A program made the position numbers and the translations under genes. Positions 8,607 to 15,449 of a stretch of DNA of 20,000 nt are shown piece after piece. The stretch lies in the IMG/VR virus record IMGVR_UViG_3300024343_000006; one strand, given 5' to 3'. The notes beneath the pieces were generated by a model, which was not told the DNA's origin, did not search any database, and saw only the letters and a program-made list of their open reading frames with translations. This DNA comes from an uncultured virus (IMG/VR IMGVR_UViG_3300024343_000006) (taxonomy: Duplodnaviria; Heunggongvirae; Uroviricota; Caudoviricetes). Every line of letters starts with the position of its first letter. Positions within the stretch are counted from its first letter, which is position 1.

Positions 8607-9422
8607 ATGAAGTACTTACTATCGTTATTCTTAGTAATAACAACTTTAACTGCAAATGCTTGGACTCAACGTCCACCAGAGCCAGTTGCTAACTGTGCCA
8701 CTCATAGTCCTTATGGCTGGCCAGTTGCTAATCCTGCTGTTCAGCCAATCTGTCGTCAGGCATATCTCGTTGGCTATGATGCACCAGCAAAACTTCCACG
8801 CTACGTAACTTATACACTACTACCTCAAAATGCTTTGGGGTGTGTAGCACGCACTAATGCATTCACATCAGATCAATCTATTCAAAATGGTCCAAGACCA
8901 GATGACTACGCTGGTACAGGTTACGACAAAGGACACATGAGTCCTGATGGTGACTTGTCTTGGGATCAGCAGGTGGAATATGAATCATTCCTTATGACTA
9001 ATATGTCTCCACAGGCAGGTTCTCTTAATCGTGGTATCTGGAAATTATTAGAAACTGCAGTTCGTGGTTGGACTGTTCAACGCAATCAGTCGTATACAAT
9101 ATTCGTTGGAGGTATCTACAATGAACAAAACAAGAAAATCGGCAGTGGTGTTATTGTTCCGCATAGTTTTTACAAAATTGTTATCAATAATCAAACAGGT
9201 GAAGTTGCTGGTTGGCAATTCCCGCATGTAGCACCTTATCCTAATTTGGGTAATGATCTAACTGCTTTCCGTAAGCCAGTTGCACAAATTCAATCAGAAG
9301 CAAATGTTGCTTATTCATTCCCAGCTGGTGCAAAAGAACTAGCACCTGGAACTGAATGGCCAGTTAGTTATGGTGATTTAACTAAAGCAAAACGTGCCAA
9401 ATGTGGTGGGAGTGGAGATTAA
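8607..9422 (+). CDS. Secreted DNA/RNA non-specific endonuclease (Serratia NucA / EndoG family)
   Basis: Signal peptide (TANA/W); His-Me motif GYDKGHMSP; ESFLMTNMSPQ...LNRGIWKLLE; VPHSFYKIV. Confidence 0.93.
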   Translation: MKYLLSLFLVITTLTANAWTQRPPEPVANCATHSPYGWPVANPAVQPICRQAYLVGYDAPAKLPRYVTYTLLPQNALGCVARTNAFTSDQSIQNGPRPDDYAGTGYDKGHMSPDGDLSWDQQVEYESFLMTNMSPQAGSLNRGIWKLLETAVRGWTVQRNQSYTIFVGGIYNEQNKKIGSGVIVPHSFYKIVINNQTGEVAGWQFPHVAPYPNLGNDLTAFRKPVAQIQSEANVAYSFPAGAKELAPGTEWPVSYGDLTKAKRAKCGGSGD

Positions 9423-9812
9423 ATGGCTTACTCAGACAAAGTTATTGATCATTATGAAAATCCACGTAACGTGGGTTCTCTAGACAAAAACGATCCAACA
9501 GTTGGTACTGGTATGGTTGGTGCACCAGCATGTGGTGATGTGATGAAATTACAAATACAGGTAGATGAAGATGGTATTATTAGAGATGCTAAGTTCAAGA
9601 CATATGGCTGTGGTTCAGCAATCGCCAGTTCGTCGCTGGTTACAGAGTGGGTTAAGGGTATGCATATTGATGATGCTGTTAACTTACGCAACTCTCAGAT
9701 TGCCGAAGAACTAGCATTACCTCCAGTTAAGATTCACTGCTCTATACTTGCGGAAGATGCAATCAAAGCAGCAGTAAACGACTATAAAGAAAAACATGAT
9801 CTCGTTAACTGA
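9423..9812 (+). CDS. iscU: Fe-S cluster scaffold IscU
   Basis: MAYSDKVIDHYENPRNVG, APACGDVM, KTYGCGSAIASSS and LPPVKIHCS: all ligands and the HscA-binding motif are intact. Confidence 0.98.
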   Translation: MAYSDKVIDHYENPRNVGSLDKNDPTVGTGMVGAPACGDVMKLQIQVDEDGIIRDAKFKTYGCGSAIASSSLVTEWVKGMHIDDAVNLRNSQIAEELALPPVKIHCSILAEDAIKAAVNDYKEKHDLVN

Positions 9813-10122
9813 AAAAGCATACGAGAAAGTTAAATCCCAACTTCAGAAACGTGGTAAGGGTATTGGCATTCGACTCGGTGTAAGGACTACTGGTTGCAGT
9901 GGTCTAGCATATACCATGGAATATGTTGACAAGTATGAGGCTGAAGTTGGTGTGACTAACTACGCTCAAAAAGATTTTGCAGTTCTTGTAGATATAAAGA
10001 GTGATGCTTATCTAAATGGATTAACCATGGATTGGGTACGTAATGGGCTCAATGAAGGATTTGATTTTAGTAATCCAAACGAAAGAGACCGCTGTGGTTG
10101 CGGAGAAAGTTTCAGAATATGA
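9796..10122 (+). CDS. iscA: A-type Fe-S carrier IscA
   Basis: [25 protein letters not shown] and CGCGESF. Confidence 0.95.
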   Translation: MISLTEKAYEKVKSQLQKRGKGIGIRLGVRTTGCSGLAYTMEYVDKYEAEVGVTNYAQKDFAVLVDIKSDAYLNGLTMDWVRNGLNEGFDFSNPNERDRCGCGESFRI

Positions 10123-10442
10123 TAACAATAACAGAGTCAGCAAAGACAAAAATTCTAGATCTTTTCGCAGAGGAAGGTAATCCTGACTTATGTTTAAGAA
10201 CATTCGTACAAGGTGGTGGCTGCAGCGGAATGAGTTATGGATTTACATTCGATGAGGTAATGAACGAAGATGATTTTGAAATACCTCTTGAGAAAACTAA
10301 AATACTAATAGACTCAATGAGCATGCAATATCTAACAGGAGCAACTGTGGATTACAAAGAAGATATACAAGGCTCACAATTTGTCATAACCAATCCAAAT
10401 GCTCAATCAACCTGCGGATGTGGAAGTTCGTTTAGCGTATGA
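10119..10442 (+). CDS. erpA: A-type Fe-S insertion protein ErpA
   Basis: [32 protein letters not shown] and [19 protein letters not shown] 10119 overlaps the iscA stop (ATGA). Confidence 0.92.
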   Translation: MITITESAKTKILDLFAEEGNPDLCLRTFVQGGGCSGMSYGFTFDEVMNEDDFEIPLEKTKILIDSMSMQYLTGATVDYKEDIQGSQFVITNPNAQSTCGCGSSFSV

Positions 10443-10789
10443 AAAAACTTATACTACTATCACTGGTTCTGTGTTTAAATGGTTGCTCTGTTATTGCGCT
10501 ATGGCCAAAACCACACGATCCAGTTATGTTTGATAATCTAGTTTCTACAAAGATTGCAGTTGAGAAGTTAAATTGTGACGACAAGAACTGGACAGATGCT
10601 GAAACTAAACTTCAACATCTTAAGGTTTATACTGAGTTGAGAAAAGATCCTCAGGCTATATCAATTGCTCAGCTACAAGAAGCAATTAGTAAAGCCAAAG
10701 CATCTGATAAAAAATTGTTCTGTGAATCAATCCTTAAAATTAATAAAACAAGAATAGACGTCATAGTTGACGCATGGAGAGGAAGATAA
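10439..10789 (+). CDS. Lipoprotein, helical
   Basis: MKK, hydrophobic stretch, lipobox LNG/C; two further Cys in the mature part. Confidence 0.8.
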   Translation: MKKLILLSLVLCLNGCSVIALWPKPHDPVMFDNLVSTKIAVEKLNCDDKNWTDAETKLQHLKVYTELRKDPQAISIAQLQEAISKAKASDKKLFCESILKINKTRIDVIVDAWRGR

Positions 10790-10790
10790 A

Positions 10791-11168
10791 ATGGAATTAG
10801 ACCAAATCAAAGAAAAGATGAGTGCTGGCGAAGCCAAGGGCGCACTGATTGAAAAGGTAACATTTGCTGTGCTACCCATCATGTTTACCTGTGTGGTATA
10901 CTTGATGAATGCGCTGAGTAATGTTAATCATCAACTGACCATTCTCGAAAGCAAGATGCAGTTGGTGGTGACATCAGACAACAAACAAGCACCAAACATG
11001 GGTGCTGAACTGGCTCGTGAAAAACTGCGCCAAGACTTTATGCAGGCTAACACAGAAGCACTATCCCGAAGCAGCTCCAACAAAGCTGTGCTGGACACTT
11101 TAGTATGGCGTGTGCAAGAGTTGGAAAAGCACAAAGAGAAACAATCCAACAATAGTGGGAAGAAGTAA
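10791..11168 (+). CDS. Single-TM protein with C-terminal coiled coil
   Basis: ATG 10791 follows GGAGAGG; TM VTFAVLPIMFTCVVYLMNAL. Confidence 0.8.
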   Translation: MELDQIKEKMSAGEAKGALIEKVTFAVLPIMFTCVVYLMNALSNVNHQLTILESKMQLVVTSDNKQAPNMGAELAREKLRQDFMQANTEALSRSSSNKAVLDTLVWRVQELEKHKEKQSNNSGKK

Positions 11169-11398
11169 TGTTGGAACAACTAAGAGAAGTAGCTGGTCTT
11201 GGTGGTCCAGCTGCAGTGTTAGCAAACGAACTTTTAGTTCTACGTGAACAATATGAATCACAACAACTAACACTGGAAGAGTTTCAGTTCTTAGTTCAAC
11301 AAGTTGCAGAAGTAAAAGCAGCCCAAGAATTATCAACTGATGAACAAGCACTTCGTTACATTGTTTCTGCTGCTACTGCGATATCTATGGTGGTATGA
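11168..11398 (+). CDS. Hypothetical helical protein, 76 aa
   Basis: TAATG and ATGA overlaps with its neighbours. Confidence 0.75.
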   Translation: MLEQLREVAGLGGPAAVLANELLVLREQYESQQLTLEEFQFLVQQVAEVKAAQELSTDEQALRYIVSAATAISMVV

Positions 11399-12153
11399 AA
11401 TACCGCACGATATTTATAAGTGATGTTCACTTAGGTACTCGTGATTGTCAAGCAGGTAAGTTAAATAATTTTCTTAAACACAATACATGCGACACACTGT
11501 ATTTGGTTGGAGATATTATTGATGCATGGAAGATACAGCAGAACAAGTGGCGTTGGAAACAATCTCATACTAACGTAGTTCGTAGAATCCTTGGCCATGC
11601 CAAACGTGGCACAAGGGTTATATACGTTGCAGGCAACCATGATGAGTTTTTAAGACCAATGATACCATATGGTTTCAGTTTTGGTCTAGTAGAAATACAT
11701 AATCAAATAGAACATATCGGTGCTGATGGTAAGCATTACTTAGTTACACATGGTGATCTGTTCGATGGCATAACACGATTAGCACCTTGGATATCATTTT
11801 TAGGAGATAAATCATATGACTTCGTTCTTTCGCTCAATAGCAAGTTCAATTGGATACGTCATCGTATGGGTTTTGGGTACTTTAGCCTTAGCAAGTTCCT
11901 TAAACACAAAGTAAAAAAAGCTGTGGACTTTATGTTCCAGTTTGAAAAGAATCTAGCTGGATACTGTAAAAAACGTGGCTTTGATGGAGTTATCTGCGGT
12001 CATATACACCACGCTGAAATCAAAGAGATCGATGGTGTGATATATATGAATGATGGGGATTGGGTTGAGTCATGTACTGCTTTAGTTGAGCATTACGATG
12101 GCAAGTGGGAAATTATTACATGGACCAAGGAAAAAGATGATGTTACAGGATAA
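11395..12153 (+). CDS. plcP: Metallophosphoesterase of the PlcP/LpxH2 type (putative phospholipase C)
   Basis: FISDVHLG, LVGDIID.W, GNHDEFLR, HGDLFD, DGVICGHIHH and N.GDWVESCTALVEH.DG. It has GNHD rather than the GNRD of true LpxH. The overall pattern matches my recollection of Sinorhizobium SMc00171/PlcP. Confidence 0.8.
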   Translation: MKYRTIFISDVHLGTRDCQAGKLNNFLKHNTCDTLYLVGDIIDAWKIQQNKWRWKQSHTNVVRRILGHAKRGTRVIYVAGNHDEFLRPMIPYGFSFGLVEIHNQIEHIGADGKHYLVTHGDLFDGITRLAPWISFLGDKSYDFVLSLNSKFNWIRHRMGFGYFSLSKFLKHKVKKAVDFMFQFEKNLAGYCKKRGFDGVICGHIHHAEIKEIDGVIYMNDGDWVESCTALVEHYDGKWEIITWTKEKDDVTG

Positions 12154-12847
12154 AATTACCATAGTAGTTCCATGTAAGAATGAAGAGAACTACATTGCGC
12201 ATTTGTTAATGCACTTGAGTCAACAACAAATAGGCAATACAAGAATTATTATTGCAGACTGCTCCACTGACAATACACGAGAAGTCATTCAAAAAATGAA
12301 GGGTGATCTTAATGTTGAGGTCATCGATGGTGGTCCAGTTTCCTTTGCCAAGAACAGTGGCGCTAAACTAGCAACAACACCATACTTGCTGTTTATAGAT
12401 AGTGATGTAAGATTTTTTGAAGATACAGTTATAACTGATTGTGTTAACATAATCGAAGAATGTCAATTAGATTTAGTTGGGTTGTATGTAAAATGTTATG
12501 ATCGAGATAAAAGAGCACACATAGGCTTCATGATGTTTAATTTTGTAAACAGATTAATGCAGTATAAAGTACCTTTCGCAGTTGGTGCGTTTATGCTAAC
12601 TCGTCGCGATAAATTTGAACAGCTTGGTGGGTTCTCTGAGAAGTATGGAACCAGTGAAGACTTCTTCTTATCTAAACAGTACGATGTTAACAAATTTAAA
12701 TTAGTGGACCATTTCTTCGGGCAGGACAGCAGAAGGTTTCAGATTATGGGGTACTTTGGTATGGCATGGTATCTGATTAAAAATTTCTGGAACAGAAACA
12801 ACGAAAACTATTGGAATAAAGTAGACTATTCGAAATATTGGAAATAA
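12137..12847 (+). CDS. Family 2 glycosyltransferase
   Basis: TIVVPCKNEE, IIADCSTDNT, AKNSGA, LLFIDSD (DxD), GGFSE and SEDFFLS. Start at 12137 or 12140 after AAGGA, overlapping the upstream gene. Confidence 0.92.
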   Translation: MMLQDKITIVVPCKNEENYIAHLLMHLSQQQIGNTRIIIADCSTDNTREVIQKMKGDLNVEVIDGGPVSFAKNSGAKLATTPYLLFIDSDVRFFEDTVITDCVNIIEECQLDLVGLYVKCYDRDKRAHIGFMMFNFVNRLMQYKVPFAVGAFMLTRRDKFEQLGGFSEKYGTSEDFFLSKQYDVNKFKLVDHFFGQDSRRFQIMGYFGMAWYLIKNFWNRNNENYWNKVDYSKYWK

Positions 12848-13498
12848 ATGAAAACCCTTGCTTTGTTTATGCGACATCCAGAATGTTCTACGGATTGCGC
12901 ATATGCAATGGTGCATGCATTATCCTCTGAGTACCAAATTCGTATATTCGAAGAGAAGGAGTTGGATGATGATAATTTCTTTGAGCATCTTGATGTTATT
13001 GCTTTTCCTGGTGGTATCGGGAATAGTGACTCTTATCCTAATTTCTTCACTCGAACAAGAGCGAATCGAATCGCCAGATTCTTGGAATGTGGTGGTCACT
13101 ATCTTGGCATTTGCATGGGTGCTTATTGGGCTGGAAGCCGTTATTTCGATATACTTGATGATGTCAACCCTGTTCAATATATAAAGCAACTAAATGCAGA
13201 TGTAAAAAGAAGCTACGGAACAGTAGCTTCAGTCACATGGAAAGACCAAAAAGAAGAAATGTACTTCTATGATGGTTGTGCACTAATTGGCGATGAAACT
13301 AAATTTAAAACTATTGCAAGATATAGCAATGGTGATCCGATGGCAATCATCCAAGGTAGAATCGGTATCATTGGTTGCCATCCAGAAGCACCACTTTATT
13401 GGTACGAGAAACCTTGGTATTACATAAATAAACACTACCATGGTGGAAAACATCATGAACTATTGCTAGACTTTGTGAACGAACTTACAGAGAAATAG
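12848..13498 (+). CDS. Class I glutamine amidotransferase-like protein (BPL_N-like)
   Basis: FPGG, GGHYLGICMGAY (nucleophile-elbow Cys) and GCHPE (His-Glu). Confidence 0.82.
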   Translation: MKTLALFMRHPECSTDCAYAMVHALSSEYQIRIFEEKELDDDNFFEHLDVIAFPGGIGNSDSYPNFFTRTRANRIARFLECGGHYLGICMGAYWAGSRYFDILDDVNPVQYIKQLNADVKRSYGTVASVTWKDQKEEMYFYDGCALIGDETKFKTIARYSNGDPMAIIQGRIGIIGCHPEAPLYWYEKPWYYINKHYHGGKHHELLLDFVNELTEK

Positions 13499-13507
13499 TT
13501 ATTAGAA

Positions 13508-13534
13508 AATAACCCTACTGTCTGTAAGGTTTTA
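13508..13534. repeat. 27-bp imperfect palindrome, copy 1
   Basis: AATAACCCTAC-tgtct-GTAAGGTTTTA. Left arm identical to 15421-15431. Confidence 0.7.
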
Positions 13535-13570
13535 AACCCCTGTAAGTTGTTGATACCACAGGGGTTTTTT
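13534..13570 (+). terminator. Inverted repeat with U-tract: intrinsic terminator-like, with an IHF consensus in the loop
   Basis: AAACCCCTGT (13534-13543) pairs with ACAGGGGTTT (13558-13567) and is followed by Ts. It lies just after the last gene of the accessory block. Confidence 0.65.
13543..13555 (-). promoter_or_regulatory. IHF-binding consensus
   Basis: Minus strand reads TATCAACAACTTA, an exact match to WATCAANNNNTTR. Confidence 0.6.
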
Positions 13571-13586
13571 GTCCTCCAAAAATGTA

Positions 13587-13615
13587 TTGACTTTTATTTG
13601 ACTTTAGAGCATAAT
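13587..13615 (+). promoter_or_regulatory. Sigma70-type early promoter
   Basis: TTGACT-17 nt-CATAAT, with an A-rich UP region. Confidence 0.8.
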
Positions 13616-13651
13616 AACTGTGTTAGGGTTGATTAAGGAAAAGGAATTGTG

Positions 13652-13825
13652 ATGACTATAAATGAATTGAATGTTGAATTGAATGATCTTGCAGAGCAAG
13701 AAAGAAACGCTGTTGCTGAGGCTGATTATGAATCATACATGGATCGAATGATGGCTGAACACAACATGCGACAGTTTGAAGCATCATCTTATGATGAAGA
13801 TGCAGTATCATATGGAGAAATGTAA
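13652..13825 (+). CDS. 57 aa acidic early protein (not in ORF track)
   Basis: MTINELNVELNDLAEQERNAVAEADYESYMDRMMAEHNMRQFEASSYDEDAVSYGEM. AAGGA SD; TAATG overlap with the next gene. Confidence 0.8.
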   Translation: MTINELNVELNDLAEQERNAVAEADYESYMDRMMAEHNMRQFEASSYDEDAVSYGEM

Positions 13826-14052
13826 TGAGTGACTTGCAATTAGAAATTGTTGATCTTTATGAAGAAGGGATGAAACCCATCTCAATCGCTGGGTTGTTAA
13901 AGATCCCATTGGAAATGGTGTACGACGCCATTCAGGCATTTGAAGAAGGGTTCGATGTTGACGAATCCATGGATGGTGACCATGAATCTGCATTGGCATC
14001 AGCAGGGTTTGGAACAGATGAAGATTATGGATATTATGGAGATAATGAGTGA
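13825..14052 (+). CDS. 75 aa very acidic early protein: HTH-like N-terminus, DGDHESALASAGFGTDEDYG tail
   Basis: ORF is translationally coupled on both sides; D/E-rich. Confidence 0.85.
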   Translation: MSDLQLEIVDLYEEGMKPISIAGLLKIPLEMVYDAIQAFEEGFDVDESMDGDHESALASAGFGTDEDYGYYGDNE

Positions 14053-14351
14053 ATAAATTTGCAATGATGAAACAAAAGAATGCAATCGACAGTGAGATTC
14101 TGTTGATTACGCAAGAAGAATGTGCTGAGGTAACTCAGGCTATCAGTAAGGTATTTCGATTCGGTATGGATGATGAACACAATGGGCAAACCAACCGAGA
14201 ACATCTTGAAGAAGAAATCGGTGACCTCATGTGTATGATTGATCTACTGATCGAAAATGGAATTGTTAGCGAGTCTGCAGTAATGACTGCAAAGAATGAG
14301 AAGTTGAATAAACTGATGACATGGTCTAGTATTTTTAAGGAAACTGTATGA
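14049..14351 (+). CDS. MazG-like NTP pyrophosphohydrolase (single domain)
   Basis: QEECAEVTQAISK and LEEEIGDL (ExxE...ExxD). Confidence 0.85.
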   Translation: MNKFAMMKQKNAIDSEILLITQEECAEVTQAISKVFRFGMDDEHNGQTNREHLEEEIGDLMCMIDLLIENGIVSESAVMTAKNEKLNKLMTWSSIFKETV

Positions 14352-14575
14352 ACGAAGTTACAATCCATGGCGTAAGTAAGCGTCAGAAGCGTATGTTGAA
14401 CATCATGTGGAATCTTGACTCGGAGGAAGATTACTTTGAGTGGTACAATTCTCTAGATGAGAATCTACAGAAAGAAGCTGAGTTGTTGCAACGTCTGATC
14501 ATCATGGCAGAACTGGACAACGAAGTACTTAATACATCTGGTGCCAAGGAACTATTAAAGAAATTTGCTTTGTAA
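14348..14575 (+). CDS. Hypothetical protein
   Basis: ATGA overlap with the upstream gene; AAGGA SD. Confidence 0.8.
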   Translation: MNEVTIHGVSKRQKRMLNIMWNLDSEEDYFEWYNSLDENLQKEAELLQRLIIMAELDNEVLNTSGAKELLKKFAL

Positions 14576-14593
14576 GAGGATATCGTGTATAAT
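14565..14593 (+). promoter_or_regulatory. Sigma70-type promoter
   Basis: TTGCTT-17 nt-TATAAT. Confidence 0.65.
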
Positions 14594-14728
14594 AAACCAT
14601 TGAAACCTAGAAATCTTGTAGCAAAAGATTTGCGTACTCCGAAATACCGCATGCGTGTAGTAGAGAGTAAGGTTCAGTACATTCGACAACCAAAGCACAG
14701 AAAGGCAGACCATGGACTTGGAGTATGA
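14585..14728 (+). CDS. Basic 47 aa ArfA-like peptide (not in ORF track)
   Basis: MYNKPLKPRNLVAKDLRTPKYRMRVVESKVQYIRQPKHRKADHGLGV. GTG start after GAGGA; an alternative TTG start lies at 14600. Fills the intergenic gap. Confidence 0.7.
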   Translation: MYNKPLKPRNLVAKDLRTPKYRMRVVESKVQYIRQPKHRKADHGLGV

Positions 14729-14957
14729 GATTCATCGAGAAGGTTTAACACGAACAGTTAAAATTAAGAGTCATGCATATGATTTGATTGAGTTTACTAT
14801 TCGTCAGAAACTTATTACCGAAACAGGGAAAGAATTATGCAATAGTGGTCATACATCTTTCTTTGAGACTAAAGAATTCGTTGAATTCTTTGGACCAATT
14901 ATTAATGAAATGAAAGTGAGATTAGACAATGGCATTCCAAACAGTATTCAAGAATGA
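14712..14957 (+). CDS. Hypothetical protein
   Basis: AAAGG upstream; typical codon usage; overlaps both neighbours. Confidence 0.75.
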   Translation: MDLEYEIHREGLTRTVKIKSHAYDLIEFTIRQKLITETGKELCNSGHTSFFETKEFVEFFGPIINEMKVRLDNGIPNSIQE

Positions 14958-15237
14958 AAAAGAGTTTGAAGAATTTAAAACATGGACAATTGGAGTTCTC
15001 CACGATGAACACATCAAAGATCTGTGCGTTACTTTTACCAAAAAAGATGGTACCGAAAGAGCAATGCGTTGCACCCTTGTCGAAGGAAACATTCCAGCAG
15101 ACAAGAAACCAACATCCGAAGCCAGCACTGCAGGTCGCAAGACTAATGGATCCGCAATGGCAGTCTTCGATACAGAAAAGTCTGAGTGGAGATCTTTCCG
15201 CTGGGATTCAGTAACTAAAGTGGAGTTTACATTATGA
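14929..15237 (+). CDS. SH3 beta-barrel / WYL-like protein (DUF2693-like)
   Basis: VTFTKKDGTERAMRCTL...AVFDTEKSEWRSFRWDSV pattern. Confidence 0.8.
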   Translation: MAFQTVFKNEKEFEEFKTWTIGVLHDEHIKDLCVTFTKKDGTERAMRCTLVEGNIPADKKPTSEASTAGRKTNGSAMAVFDTEKSEWRSFRWDSVTKVEFTL

Positions 15238-15425
15238 AATCTAGTATTCTTGTGTGGCTTGGTGTCATTCTCGTTCTTATTGTTCTTGCACCACTTGCAA
15301 CAATCTGGTCACTGAACACATTGTTCCCGATTCTCAACATTCCAATGGGATTCGATACGTGGCTTGCATCCCTAATCCTAGCTGGAGTAGTGGGTGGAAC
15401 AACTGGGGTTTCGTTTAAGAAATAA
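15234..15425 (+). CDS. Small two-TM membrane protein
   Basis: Highly hydrophobic 63 aa; GGAG SD; ATGA overlap. Confidence 0.8.
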   Translation: MKSSILVWLGVILVLIVLAPLATIWSLNTLFPILNIPMGFDTWLASLILAGVVGGTTGVSFKK

Positions 15426-15447
15426 CCCTACACTGTTGAGGGTTATT
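15421..15447. repeat. 27-bp palindrome, copy 2
   Basis: AATAACCCT-acactgttg-AGGGTTATT (perfect 9-bp arms), ending 2 nt before the -35 box. Confidence 0.75.
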
Positions 15448-15449
15448 GT

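Noticed and set aside
11395..12153. Annotation as lipid A enzyme LpxH
   Set aside because: It has GNHD instead of LpxH's GNRD, and the C-terminal GDWVESCTA pattern fits the PlcP/LpxH2 subgroup. No other lpx genes are nearby.
12858..13184. 108-aa hydrophobic alternate-frame ORF inside the GATase-like gene
   Set aside because: No ATG/SD support. Hydrophobicity is the expected by-product of T-ending codons in the main frame.
254..13431. Other intragenic or start-overlapping TAAATA matches (for example near 254, 4711, 8315, 13425) as late promoters
   Set aside because: The motif is short and expected by chance in AT-rich DNA. It cannot be supported without TSS data.
12848..13498. Biotin-protein ligase
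   Set aside because: Only the GATase-like BPL_N-type domain is present; there is no ligase catalytic domain.
14954..15214. 86-aa +1-frame ORF inside the SH3/WYL-like gene
   Set aside because: No Shine-Dalgarno before its ATG and no clear compositional boundary, unlike 5260..5496.
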